Assembly: GCA_010405405.1 (NCBI GenBank)
Contig: MU004237.1
Coordinates: 2,305,345 to 2,369,344, forward strand
Origin: Microthyrium microscopicum
Lineage: Eukaryota
DNA length: 64,000 nt
Direction of reading: 5' to 3'
Shown in pieces: positions 37,710-48,893 of the stretch. The position numbers were made by a program, and so were the translations under genes. Positions within the stretch are counted from its first letter, which is position 1; each line of letters starts with the position of its first letter. The notes beneath the pieces were generated by a model. It did no database searches. It saw only the letters and a list, made by a program, of their open reading frames with translations, and was not told the DNA's origin.

Positions 37710-38989
37710 GATGAAACTATTTTAGGTGTTGGACGAATGGATTATGCAGCTTCTTTGATCGAAGCTGCTTTGCTGTGAAATCATAGTGCGTGAACTTGTC
37801 CGTTGATGAGGAGAACGGTTTCCAGCAAAGCTTGATATGATAAATTTGATATTAAGCCAAAATCTGGGGGCTATTATATCAAGCTTCAGGTTCGAGGTAA
37901 CGTCTTTTAATTTGCGAAAGAATATAAATATTATAAACCCAGCCACTCAATGCATGCTGAGTCTGAGATTTGACTCCTTCTCGATATGAAGCCCTGGTGC
38001 GCAGATTTGCTCTATAGATCTCTCAATGACACTGCCGCTTGCTTTAGCAGCTGAGATCGTAAGTTTTACGTAAGTTTCAGATCCTTTGGTCTTTGTTAGG
38101 CTGAGAAAAGCATTATACTTATGGACTTGAATGGGATTAAGGTGGTCGGCCTTGTGAATATAGTATTTTCGTGACATGTATTCCCACTGCCTTTCAGTAC
38201 TTGGCTTCGGAATCAGTTTACTTCTGCGGTATCACCAAGTTGATCATGCATTCCATGCGTAACTCGGCCAAGCATCATTCGACTGGACTGATAGGTGCTG
38301 TTGAATTGCCTGGTATTGCTGTGAGTCAGACAGGTGCTACGCCGCAGTATACTAACTTTCTTCTTATGCTGGTTCTTTCTACGGATTAATGCTGATGAAT
38401 AGCTGAAAGTGTCACCTGATTCTGATGAGTGGGATGGTGTCATGAAATGTCGACGGTATTCCGATATGGACTCTGATGATTATTCTAATACTGACGATGG
38501 TAACCAACATGCGTTTGAAGCAGTAGGCTGGTGGCAGTTCGAAAGTAGCGGAAATACCTATACCAAGACTGACTAGTAGTGATAAGAAATGACATAGAGA
38601 TGTGGATGTTGTTCCGTCATGAAGCTCATTGTGACGAGCTTCAGAACCGTCAGGAAGCTTAGGATAGAGCACTATAGGAGTAATGAAAGACTTTATTGAG
38701 CGGACACTACCTTTTCAACTGGAGAATACGGCAATGCTTCCTCATCGCGTTGCGGAGCTGAGGACCAAAAGTGAAGTGCGATCAAGAAGGACGAGATGGA
38801 ATGATGGATAGGATTAAAAAGTCACTAATCGGTCAGGTGACCACGCGCGTACTCCCCGTATATCGACGCGCGTGCCATCGCGTCTGTCTCAACTTTGAGC
38901 TCTCGACATCTATGACATTGTGGCGGAGAGCACTCTTATATTTCAACATCCTCGAATCTCGAGGACCTTAGTTCTCAGAACCAACCATC

Positions 38990-40396
38990 ATGCCTGAAGT
39001 AAGCTCTCATTTAACAAATATTCTATTGACCCTGCTAATAAACCTCCCAACAGATTGGCGAGGTCCATCGGCTCGTTCACTTCCTTCGACGGCATGTCAT
39101 CAACCGCAAAATCGTCAAAATTCACACACAAGAAGATACCATCGTCTACGGCAAAGTAGGGTGCTCCGCCAGCCAGTTTCAATCATCACTAGTCAACAAG
39201 ACCGTCGTCGATGTCAAACAGCAAGGGAAATATTTCTGGCTGGTTATGGGCTCCCCGCCGCATCCATTGATGCATCTTGGAATGACTGGATGGATCGTCT
39301 TTTCCAACGATGACACGGCTTACTATCGACCGAAGACGGAAGAGACAGTTTGGCCGCCAAAGTTCTGGAAATTCAGACTGGTTATGGAAGGCAAGCCAGA
39401 ATGCGAGGTTGCTTTCGTGGATCCAAGACGGTTAGGCCGCATACGCTTGGTGGATGTTGCTGCCGACAAGATGCGACTCACGGCACCGTTGAGTGAAAAT
39501 GGGCCTGATCCGGTTGTCGACAAGGATGTCTTCACGAAGGAGTGGTTCAGGGAGAAGATCAAAAGCAAAAGAGTACCTATCAAAGCGCTGTTGTTGGATC
39601 AACACAACATCAGCGGTATTGGAAACTGGGTCGCGTAAGTACCCACACTTTGATTACTCTACTTGCAAATCACTAACGTATTCGAAGTGATGAAGTGATG
39701 TATCAATCTCGAACTCATCCAGAGCAATACAGCAACACTTTCAGCGACGAACAGGCCGACCGGATACATGATAAGATTGTTGAGGTTTGCGGCATTGCCT
39801 GCGATACACTCGCAGATTCGGAACAATTTCCTGAGAATTGGATGATGCGGCATCGGTGGGGCCAAGGCAAAAAGAATGCCAACACTCTGCCTAATGGAGA
39901 GAAAATGGTCTTCATCAAGGTCGGTGGACGGACGTCAGCCGTTGTTCCAAGTGTTCAAAAGAAGACTGGTGCTGTCGCGGGGGACATTACCGAGGAGACA
40001 ATCACCGGTGACGAAGACGGTGCAACACCCGCAAAGGGTCGCAAGAAAGCGGCCAAAACGAAGAAGGCCCTGAAAGATGATGACGAAGAAGAAGAAAACA
40101 CCAAAACACCAGTAAAGGCTCGCAAGAAAGCCACCAAGCCCACAAAAGACGTCGGAAAGGAGGATGACAGCGCAGGCGAAAGCGAGGAGGAACAGGTCAA
40201 GCCCAAGTCTCGGAAAAAGGCTATGAAAGCATCTGCCAAAGCGAAAGACGAAGTAGTCAACAAAATTTCAGCATCATCACGGAGCAAGCGCAAGACCATC
40301 GGTGGTGACGGATCAGACATAAAAGCGAAAAAGATTAAAGCTGAGAAACCCGCTCCTGCTGAAGGTACTAGGCGATCATCACGGCGCAGTACGTAG
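38990..40396 (+). CDS. fpg: Formamidopyrimidine-DNA glycosylase (Fpg/MutM, fungal type) with Lys-rich tail
   Basis: MPE|IGEV catalytic N-terminus, QQGKYFW, MHLGMTGW, FVDPRRLGRIRL, H2TH motif PIKALLLDQ..ISGIGNWVA/DE. Confidence 0.92.
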
Positions 40397-40509
40397 AAGA
40401 CACTGTCAGATACAACCTGTACATTAATGCATTAATGCTATTTAAAAGCACTTTTTAAGCTCGTCCGAAAATTTGATCAAGTATCAACCAGTCTCAACTT
40501 CCATCCACT

Positions 40510-41526
40510 CTACGGAAATTTGAATCCCACGACATTCTCATGGATCGGCTCCACCATCAACGCCAACCGCTCCTCCAGCACACCCTTCCACGTCCCCCAC
40601 AGTTGATCAGGATTGATTAGCCATCCTGTTTCATTGCGACTATCGACCGCTTCGATTTTTGGCACCTTGTGTAGCAGCTTGGTCAGCATCGCAGCGATTT
40701 CCGGCTCGGGTAGGTCGGCGATGGATAAGTCGAAGTCATCTACTCGGCGCTTGGAGACCTCTTTGGACGCTGCTTCGACACGCTCGGGGGAGCTGGTGAG
40801 AAGGATATAGCGGATGTGGTCTAACCACCAATGAATTGCAATTGGTGGGAAGTGATCCTGGAAGAGAGATGTCCTTGGTAGTTGAATGGAGCTATGGATA
40901 AGCCATGGTGGATTGCTTGATTGTTCTAGGCGTTCCGAGCTGTCGGGAGATTGAGACGGGGTTTGAGGCTCGGTGAAATGGGAGGTGAAAAAGGATATGG
41001 AGTCTTGGGTCGAATCTGATGAGTCGGATTGAGTAGCCTTAGAAGCTCTGTGTTCGTTTGTGAGATTCTCCGTGTCCTCAGAATCTTGATGAGTGTCATA
41101 TTCGGAACTCTCATAAATTTCCCCGTCCTCTAGGCTGTCAGAGCCATCCTTTGAGAAAGTCTGGCTGTGCTCGCTTCCGCTTTCACGGATTTCTCCGTCC
41201 TCTAGGCTGTCAGAACCGACACTTGAGCTAGCCTCGCTCTCTTCAATCTTGTCTCCGTCTTTATCTCCCTCCCACAATTTTGCAAGTTGGGAGTAGAAGC
41301 GCTTGGGCGAGATAGTTTGAGGTGTCAAGTCGACCAGCAGGTGATCTTCCGGAGTCGTGGTGTGCAGGGAATGGTCTATGAGTAATTGAGACTCTGAACC
41401 CAAGCTCATATCATCATTGAAAGCAGGAACTGGCAGCTGTGGAGAGGCTCTACTTTGACAAGCCGGTGGAATGACTGGTTCCGGAAACCAGATCTTGAGA
41501 TCTGTATTGAGTTCTGTAGGCGACAT
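40510..41526 (-). CDS. Hypothetical protein (acidic Ser-rich middle, duplicated SDSLEDGEI motif)
   Basis: 338-aa uninterrupted ATG ORF; no family recognised. Confidence 0.55.
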   Translation of the reverse strand: MSPTELNTDLKIWFPEPVIPPACQSRASPQLPVPAFNDDMSLGSESQLLIDHSLHTTTPEDHLLVDLTPQTISPKRFYSQLAKLWEGDKDGDKIEESEASSSVGSDSLEDGEIRESGSEHSQTFSKDGSDSLEDGEIYESSEYDTHQDSEDTENLTNEHRASKATQSDSSDSTQDSISFFTSHFTEPQTPSQSPDSSERLEQSSNPPWLIHSSIQLPRTSLFQDHFPPIAIHWWLDHIRYILLTSSPERVEAASKEVSKRRVDDFDLSIADLPEPEIAAMLTKLLHKVPKIEAVDSRNETGWLINPDQLWGTWKGVLEERLALMVEPIHENVVGFKFP

Positions 41527-42352
41527 GTCGTGATCTATCGTGTGTAAAGACTTTGGCTTCAGCGCTCAGAAGTTTCGACCAGTTGAAGGTTTTCAAGCCC
41601 AATGCTAAAGAAGAGTATTGATCTTGAGGGAATCGCTGTGAAGTTCTGGTTTAATGGAGATCAAAAATGGAACAGTTATGGAAAAACTTTACGATAGTCA
41701 AGGGTAGAAGTGGTGACTGCAACATCAATGATACGCCGGGTGCTGTGAGACGCTGAGCATATAGTGAACTCAACTGAGAAGTCAAGACCGCCGACTGAGC
41801 TGCGATATGCCTTGTTGAAGAAGGCGCTTGGGGTTAGAGGCTTCTGAAAAAGCTTGAGCATTCCCAAGTCAGTAACATAGATCACGAAGACACGAAATAG
41901 CCAAGAGAGGAAGTCGTCAGTTGTATAAGTACCCAAGTAGCCTCAACAGGAATCGACGAGCAGGCCCAGACGTTCTGATAAAAATGAAGAGCGAAACGAC
42001 GAACTCTGTAATATTGAGCGCCTCGGGAAAAGTGTCTTCAAGTTATTCAAGTGTAGCTAAACGACATATAAGGCTGGGCGCCAAAGTCATGATTTCCCCT
42101 AACGTACTCTATCTCGTACCTGATCAACCAGGGGACGGAATCAGCGGCAAGCTTGCATCTCGTTGGCGCCAATCTGCTAGGTTCTAGTTTACTACTGCAT
42201 TTCCCATCGAGTCCGTAAACTAACTGAGAGATGTCGAGTAGGACGAGAAGTAGAATAGTATGCTATTCGCAAGGTGCGATGGTAGACAACGCACTCCATC
42301 GAAGGTAGTCATATATTCTGTCGATCCGTTCCTCATGTAGCATTCCAGCTAC

Positions 42353-44418
42353 TCAAATAGCTTCCAACAAATGTTTTGCAGCGGTAGCCTTTTTACGCTT
42401 TTGAGTTTGCTCCTCTCCTTTCGCATCCTTGTCCAAGCTTTCGCCCTCCTTCATGATCTTCTTGAGCTCGGAAGCAGAGGCCTTCACAGACTTCTTGACA
42501 ACTGAAACTCTCTTCTCATCCTTCCATTGAGCTTCAAGAAGAGCGAGAACGACGAAGATTCCGTCTCCAGTAACCCAGCTGGACAACTGTGGTTCGATGA
42601 CATCCAACAATGTATCAGCAAAGTGCAAGGGTGGATCCAGAGGAATAACCTTCTCGGCTTTTGTATCGTAAGGACCTCCCTGTATAAGCAGCTTGAGCGT
42701 TTTGGCGGCAAATGGTGAATGAGAGATGTGCGATTCCTCACTAAGATCTCCTTGACATAGATCAGCTATAGCTTTGCAGGCCGCAGCTTTGTCGCCTAAT
42801 CCCGCAATGAAAATTTCAGAGATGAAAGGACAGCCAAATCGGTTTATAAGGTCGTCTGGACGGGTCTCAATTGTGTGCATACAGAGTGGCGACAGTTGTT
42901 CGACTAGTTCGCTGCGTCTCACAGATTCATCTTTCTTCGATGTTGTTGATCTGATATCTTGAATCTTCTTCATGAAGTTCGCAACATCTGGATAAAGTAA
43001 ACGGCCCGAGGGGCCCATGAATGGGTACAGTAACGAAGCGCGACCGATCTGGTTGGTAGCCAAATTGATGATTTTGTGGTCTTGATCGTCTGCCGTAGCT
43101 GTCTTTGTCAACAGCACCAGCTCGTTGTAGACGCGCACTTTGATCTCTCGTGTATCATCCAGGACTTCAAAAGCAGTAAGAAGAACTTGATGGCCATGTT
43201 TGTCAAATGCAAGCATCTCATACACATCCTTGTAAGCTTTGAGAATTTGACGACGTTGTTTCGCATTTCCATAAGCGAGAGCATAACAAACCACCTGAGA
43301 GCCCGACGACGTGAATGCTAGATTTTTCAAAAGATCGGCTTCCTCTTCGTTGTTATCACCAATGACTAGGTTGAGGAAAGCTGTGAAATCTTCACTCTCA
43401 GGAGAAATGTTAAGGAAGTATTCGAGCATAGCATCATGCAGAATCGTAAATCCCGTCATTTTCTTTTGTACGAGTTGATTGATTCGTTCATGAAGGTATT
43501 GGAGGATGGGTGTTCTTTTCTCCGGTGAGGCCTTTAAGATTGTGGAGAGATCAGCCGAAACTTTGGTGGGCTCTGCAGATTTGAAGACAGCAAATTCAGG
43601 GCCGTAAAACTCGCGTAGCATAATTGCCTTTTGACTTTTGGACGCAACTGATCGATACATGTCGTCGAGAATCCAAGAGGCCTCTGGATCGTTAATGAGG
43701 CGGCGGATATGGCCATAAAATTCGGGAATGATCATGGCTTTGGTTTCGTTATCGCCTTCGGTGATGATCTTGGCCAGTAAGAACTTGGCATATTTGCTCT
43801 TGGCTAGTTCAATGTAAGTCCCCTTTAGTTCTCTAGCGATTTCCTTCTTTCGAGCGATGGTGGAGTATTTGACGGCACATTGAATGATTCGGACACTGTC
43901 GTGCTTGAAGACAAAATCGTGCACTCGTCCAGTGATGATTTCAAACAATTCGGTGAGAAGCTTTTGCCGTTCGTCTTTCTGAACATGAGACTTCAACCGC
44001 AATCTCTCCCACAGCTTCTTGGCTCGTGCAATCTCGTCGGCGTTTGGTTTGGCAGCTTTGCGGGCAGCAGCCTGTTCCTTTTGCTTCTTGTGGGACTCTC
44101 GAGATTTGTTTGGATCTAGAAAGTGTCAGTCCAGTGCTTCAGACTGCAGATAGTAGAGTAAATAGAAATCATACCATCTTGTCCATTGGCGGGTGCATCT
44201 TCCCGCTTTTTGTGTGATTGAACGGGTATGGCCTTGTCTTGTTCATCATCAAAGCCTTCAAAGTCGCTGGTGTCGTCGGAGATGTCTTTGCGGAGCGGGG
44301 CGGTACTTGGAGTGAACGTTTTCTTTGGCGCAGGATTGGCAGTCTTTTGTTTCTTGAAATTCTGGTTCTTCGAAGCTGGGGCAAAGGATTGCGACTTTCT
44401 CTTCTCGGGTAGAGCCAT
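42353..44418 (-). CDS. PUF6: Pumilio/CPL-domain ribosome-biogenesis protein Puf6
   Basis: AKKLWERLR, FVFKHDSVRIIQCAVKY, ELAKSKYAKFL, EASWILDDMYR, KMTGFTILHDAMLEY; intron at 44116-44174. Confidence 0.9.
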
Positions 44419-44533
44419 GATAATGGGTGGATGTAGAGAGTTTGGAGTTTGGTGGAAAGATGGAAATATTTCTTTGGATCCAAAATTTCGAGTTGGAAAA
44501 ATATTGAAAACAAAAATGGTGAGGGGAGACATA

Positions 44534-44629
44534 TATGACGGCGCATTATCGCCAACACCGCTCAAGATAAGAACTTCTAAACTTCTAAACTTCTAAACAC
44601 GTTATTATATTACTATATTAATGACGTTA
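44534..44629 (+). repeat. Left terminal inverted repeat (3x acttctaa internal units)
   Basis: Reverse complement of 55742-55845 with few mismatches. Confidence 0.93.
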
Positions 44630-45131
44630 CCCTATTACTATATTACTATATTATCCTTTAATCTCTAGAGCTCTAGGTTATTAATTATAGATAATTATAA
44701 TTCTACCTTACTACTTAGAAGTTATTATATTTATATTAGGATATATCTTTTTAATAAGTTAGTATAGTTATATATATATTATATAATAATTAGTAAAAAG
44801 TATAAAGTATAAAGTATATAAATAATTACTAAATATAAGTTTATATTACTATTTAATAAATAGGTATATATATATATATCTACCTAAACTAATTAAGTAT
44901 TTATCTCTTTCCTAAAATTATTCTTTATACTTTTTACTTTATTATCTTATTTATAATAAAATACTAGGCCTTACTTCTATTAATTTAGAGTTCTATTAAG
45001 ATAAAATTAAAAATCTTATTATAAGATAGTTTTTTACTTATTTAAAAGTTATATATTAGCTAAAAGAAAACTATAATATTAACGTTACGCTAAGTATACT
45101 ATATTAAAAGATTAAGTAATAAAAGATCTAA

Positions 45132-46756
45132 TGCCTTATAGCTTTTCTATTAGAGCGCTATAAAAAGCTTAAAGAAATAATAAAATTCTTATTTTATAAT
45201 AAGAATAATAATAAAGATAAAATACTCTTTACTCTTTAAATTATAGAATATTTAATAACTATATAAACTCTCTAGTATTATTAGTAAAAGCTTACTCTTA
45301 AATGCTACTATAAGTTTACGTTAGATAAAGATTTTATAATAGCTTACTACTAAGATAAAGTAATAGTTTTAGTTAAGCTTTATAAAGCTTATTTATTAGT
45401 GTCATTATATAGCTATTAAGCTCTAGCTACTAGACTTTATAAATATAAATACCTAATTCTAGAGGCCTAGATTAATTAAATTTAATAAGATTTAGATCCT
45501 ATTAATATATAAGCTTACTAGAGATAAAAATATTAAAAACGTAGTAAATATAGGACTAAAGGCCTAAACTATATCTAATTAATTAATAAGTATAATAAAC
45601 TTAAAAAAGTAAGAATTAAAATTTATAGCTATATTAATACCTACTTATAAAATATAATCTAGTATTATGTTAGTATATTAAATACTATAAGTATAAGTTA
45701 TTTATATTAGTACTTAGATTAGTTAACTATTAATCTTATAATCCTTTAGTTTATTTACTTAGATTAAGAAGGTAAAACTATAATACTTACTAACGCTTAT
45801 TATAAGTTTATAAAGGCTCTAAAGTATAGAATTTCTTTCTTAGATTATTATCTATATAAGACTAGTATTATAAATTAAAGGATTAAGTACTAATAAAAAA
45901 GCCTTAATAGATTAGCATTAACTAAATAGTAAGTAAGTTATATAACTATATATACTTAAGAGTTAGTACTAATATAATAACTTACTAAATATTCTTTAAT
46001 AAGCTAGTTAACAAAGGTTCTTATTTAAAAAATAAACTTAAAGACTAAATTATAATACTAGCTATTTATCTTCTTATTCTACGACGTATAGTAAAGGAAT
46101 TTATTAATAACTAGAATAATTATAAGATTATTAATAATAAAAAAAAATAACTATACGTAGTAAATAGTAAACCTTAGTATCTATATACTTTTCTTTAAAG
46201 AGCATAAAATATAAGCCTAGTTATTAATCTAGTAGTATTTTAGGCTAAGAAAGTAGTAGTAGGAAACTAGAATAAGAACGCTTTTTTACTATTTAATATA
46301 CTTTAATAGTATAATAAAAAGCTAGATATAATAAAATTTAATCCTAATAGTAACCCCTTTAAAATAAAAAAGGATTAGCATAACCTAATAAATCTATATC
46401 TTAGTTACTATCTCTACTTATAAAAAATAATTAGTTATTATATAGTATTAAGTAATACCCTAATTTTAGCTACTCTTAAAAATTCTTAAAGTAATAAAGC
46501 TTAAATTAGAGATTACTTAAACTACCTTATAGTTTAGGAGATATAAAGGGCTATAAATAAAGATAATAGAGATAATAATATTATAAAGTTTTAGGCTATT
46601 ATAGAATATATAGGACTTAGCTATTTTAATAATAATTAATTAAAGGATAATTCTAATATTAATTTAGCTAAAAAAGAGGAAATTTAAGCTAATAATATAA
46701 AAAGTAAGGATAATATAAAAGAGGAGCTTTAGTTTATATTTAGGCGTTCTAATTAA
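45132..46756 (+). pseudogene. RIP-inactivated DDE integrase/transposase (rve-like core); ends approximate
   Basis: Literal frame reads KGLNYI*LINKYNKLKKVRIKIYSYINTYL*NII*YYVSILN..FIYLD*EGKTIILTNAY..KTSIIN*RIKY**KSL..EFINN*NNYKI. Reversing C>T/G>A gives GPNYIWSIDGHDKL..GIEIYGCIDAYSR.IIW.YVGISN / SDxxGET..LA.AH / GTS..NQRIE.WW / F...WN.H.I. Confidence 0.82.
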
Positions 46757-47105
46757 TAATAATAATTTATAATAATTTTATATACTTTAACTACTTTTTA
46801 AAACCTTATTATACTAGTAAAGCTTAATACTATAAGGTATATTATTAGATAAATAGTATATTTCCTTTATATTAAGTAGTTAAAGATTTCTAAGTCTCTT
46901 AAGTTTCTTAAATCTCTTAAATCTCTTAAGTCTCTTAAAAAGGATAATATAGACGTTACTTAAATTTTTAGTTTTTTTCTTTATTCTTAATAGTATTAAT
47001 AATAGAGTAAGGGCTTATAGTAGCATTAGGCTTAGTACTCTTAAGTACTTATCTTATTATTATAAATAGCGTATAAATTAATTATAATTAAGTAACTAAA
47101 ATATA

Positions 47106-48893
47106 ATGCCTAAAGTATTAGGCGCTTATAAGCATATTTTCTAAAAGAGTTATTCTTATGCCTTTAGTTATATCTATTAATTTATAAAAGCCTAGGTAAA
47201 GATAAATAAAAGATAATCTAAGGCCTTATATATTATTACTATTAGTACTATATATAATTAAAAACCTAGATAATATAATTAAGGTTTCTAACTCTAAAAC
47301 GCTACTATAATTATAGTAATATATTAAATAAGAGCTTTTCCTTATTAAGATAAAAGAATATAATAATATTCTATTATAAAATCTAAGTAATAAAAGAACT
47401 CTAAATAATTTTATTAAGATATAATATAGTTAGAGAAGCTACTAGAACTATATAAGATATAGATTAATAAATACTATAGCAAAGCTAAATTTTATTATAT
47501 AAAAGATTTAATAAGGCGTATTAGTAATTCCTAAAAAAAAAGGTATAAGATTCTATTAAGATATAAGTATAAAAACTTACCTTAGTTTAGTTCCTAAAAT
47601 AACCTTAGTATAAATAGAATAGAAAGTAAAAATTTATTTTTATATTATTAACTATAAGACGTAGGGTAACTATATATAATTTAACTTTATTAAAGAATAT
47701 TATAAGTAGCTTAGTTATTAAGGTAGCTTATATTAATGTATATAATAACTTTAGTAAATATAGACCTTTTTTAAAGTAACGTTAAGAGTATTTAAGACTT
47801 TATTTATAAATACTTAACTCCTTATTTAGATAATATAGTACTTACTAACTATAATAAAGTCTTTACTTATAATAGAGGTATTTAAAACGTTAAACTTGCT
47901 AGTAAAATTAAACTAAGTAAAAGACCTATAGATTACGTATTTTTAAAGAATAAGAAGAGTAAGACTTTAGGCTTTTCTTTAAAATAAGGAGAGCCTCTTA
48001 AGATTAGCCTTATTAATAGAATATATAACGTTATTAAGCTAGCTAGCATTACTATAAGTAAGTTTATTAAAAGAGCTATCTTTAATATTAATAAAAAGAA
48101 TTAACTATAAATCTACTTAATTATATATAAGTATTAAGAAATTATTCTAGACTCTAATTCTAATATGCCTATCTTATTAGTACCTACCTTAAAGACTTTA
48201 AAAATACTTACTCTAAAGACTCTAAAGATATACTAATAGCTACTCTTAAAATAAACCTTTTTAAAACTTAGGTTAAATAAAGTTATTAAAGCTAATCTAG
48301 GTACTTAGGTAAAGCTTAAGAAAATTAAGCTTAATATAGACGTCCTTAAGAAAATAAAAGCTACTATACTAGAAGCTAAGCAAATTATAAAGAATTTATA
48401 AATAGTAAAGAATCTAATAAAAAATAAAAGTAAATAAGACTCTAAGTTTACTATAAATAATAAAGATAATAGCCTTAGTAATAAGAAAAAAGCTATAGCT
48501 AGTAGTAAAAATAATAATTCTAATGCCTTATTATTATTACTAAGAATATTATTTTAGTAACTAAGAGAGAAAAAAGCTACTAAAAAAGAGAAAAAAGCTA
48601 CTATTACTAAGTAAGAAAAGAAAACTACTAAATAAGATATATAAAAGTAAGCTATATTCTAAGTTAAGCTATTAAAAAATAGTATATTTACTTATATTTC
48701 TTAATCTTATAAAGTAATACTTACTTTAATAAATAAATAAGTAGCTATAGCTATTAAAGTAGATATTCTTAAGGCAACTAAGGCTAACGTAATAATAAAG
48801 AAATATAAAGGGCGTAGAGAAAAGAATATAAAATATAAATATAAAGATAAAAAGCAAAGTAGCACTACTTAGTTACGTTAAAAGGCTATTTAG
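47106..48893 (+). pseudogene. Second RIP-degraded ORF relic of the transposon (charged/coiled-coil C-terminus), function unknown
   Basis: Purine-rich codon-like periodicity on the + strand, e.g. ..gagaaaaaagctactaaaaaagagaaaaaagctact.. (EKKAAEKERKAA-like after de-RIP). Boundaries are approximate. Confidence 0.4.

Noticed and set aside
38205..38520. Possible C/D-box snoRNA(s) (ATGATG..CTGA on - strand; several TGATGA/CTGA on + strand) or a small spliced gene
   Set aside because: The boxes are imperfect, I could not identify an rRNA-complementary guide, and no convincing protein emerges. An Infernal/snoscan search is needed.
44572..44598. ttctaaac / tttagaag repeats as telomeric repeats
   Set aside because: They are 8-mer units internal to the TIRs, not TTAGGG, and are flanked by ordinary genes.
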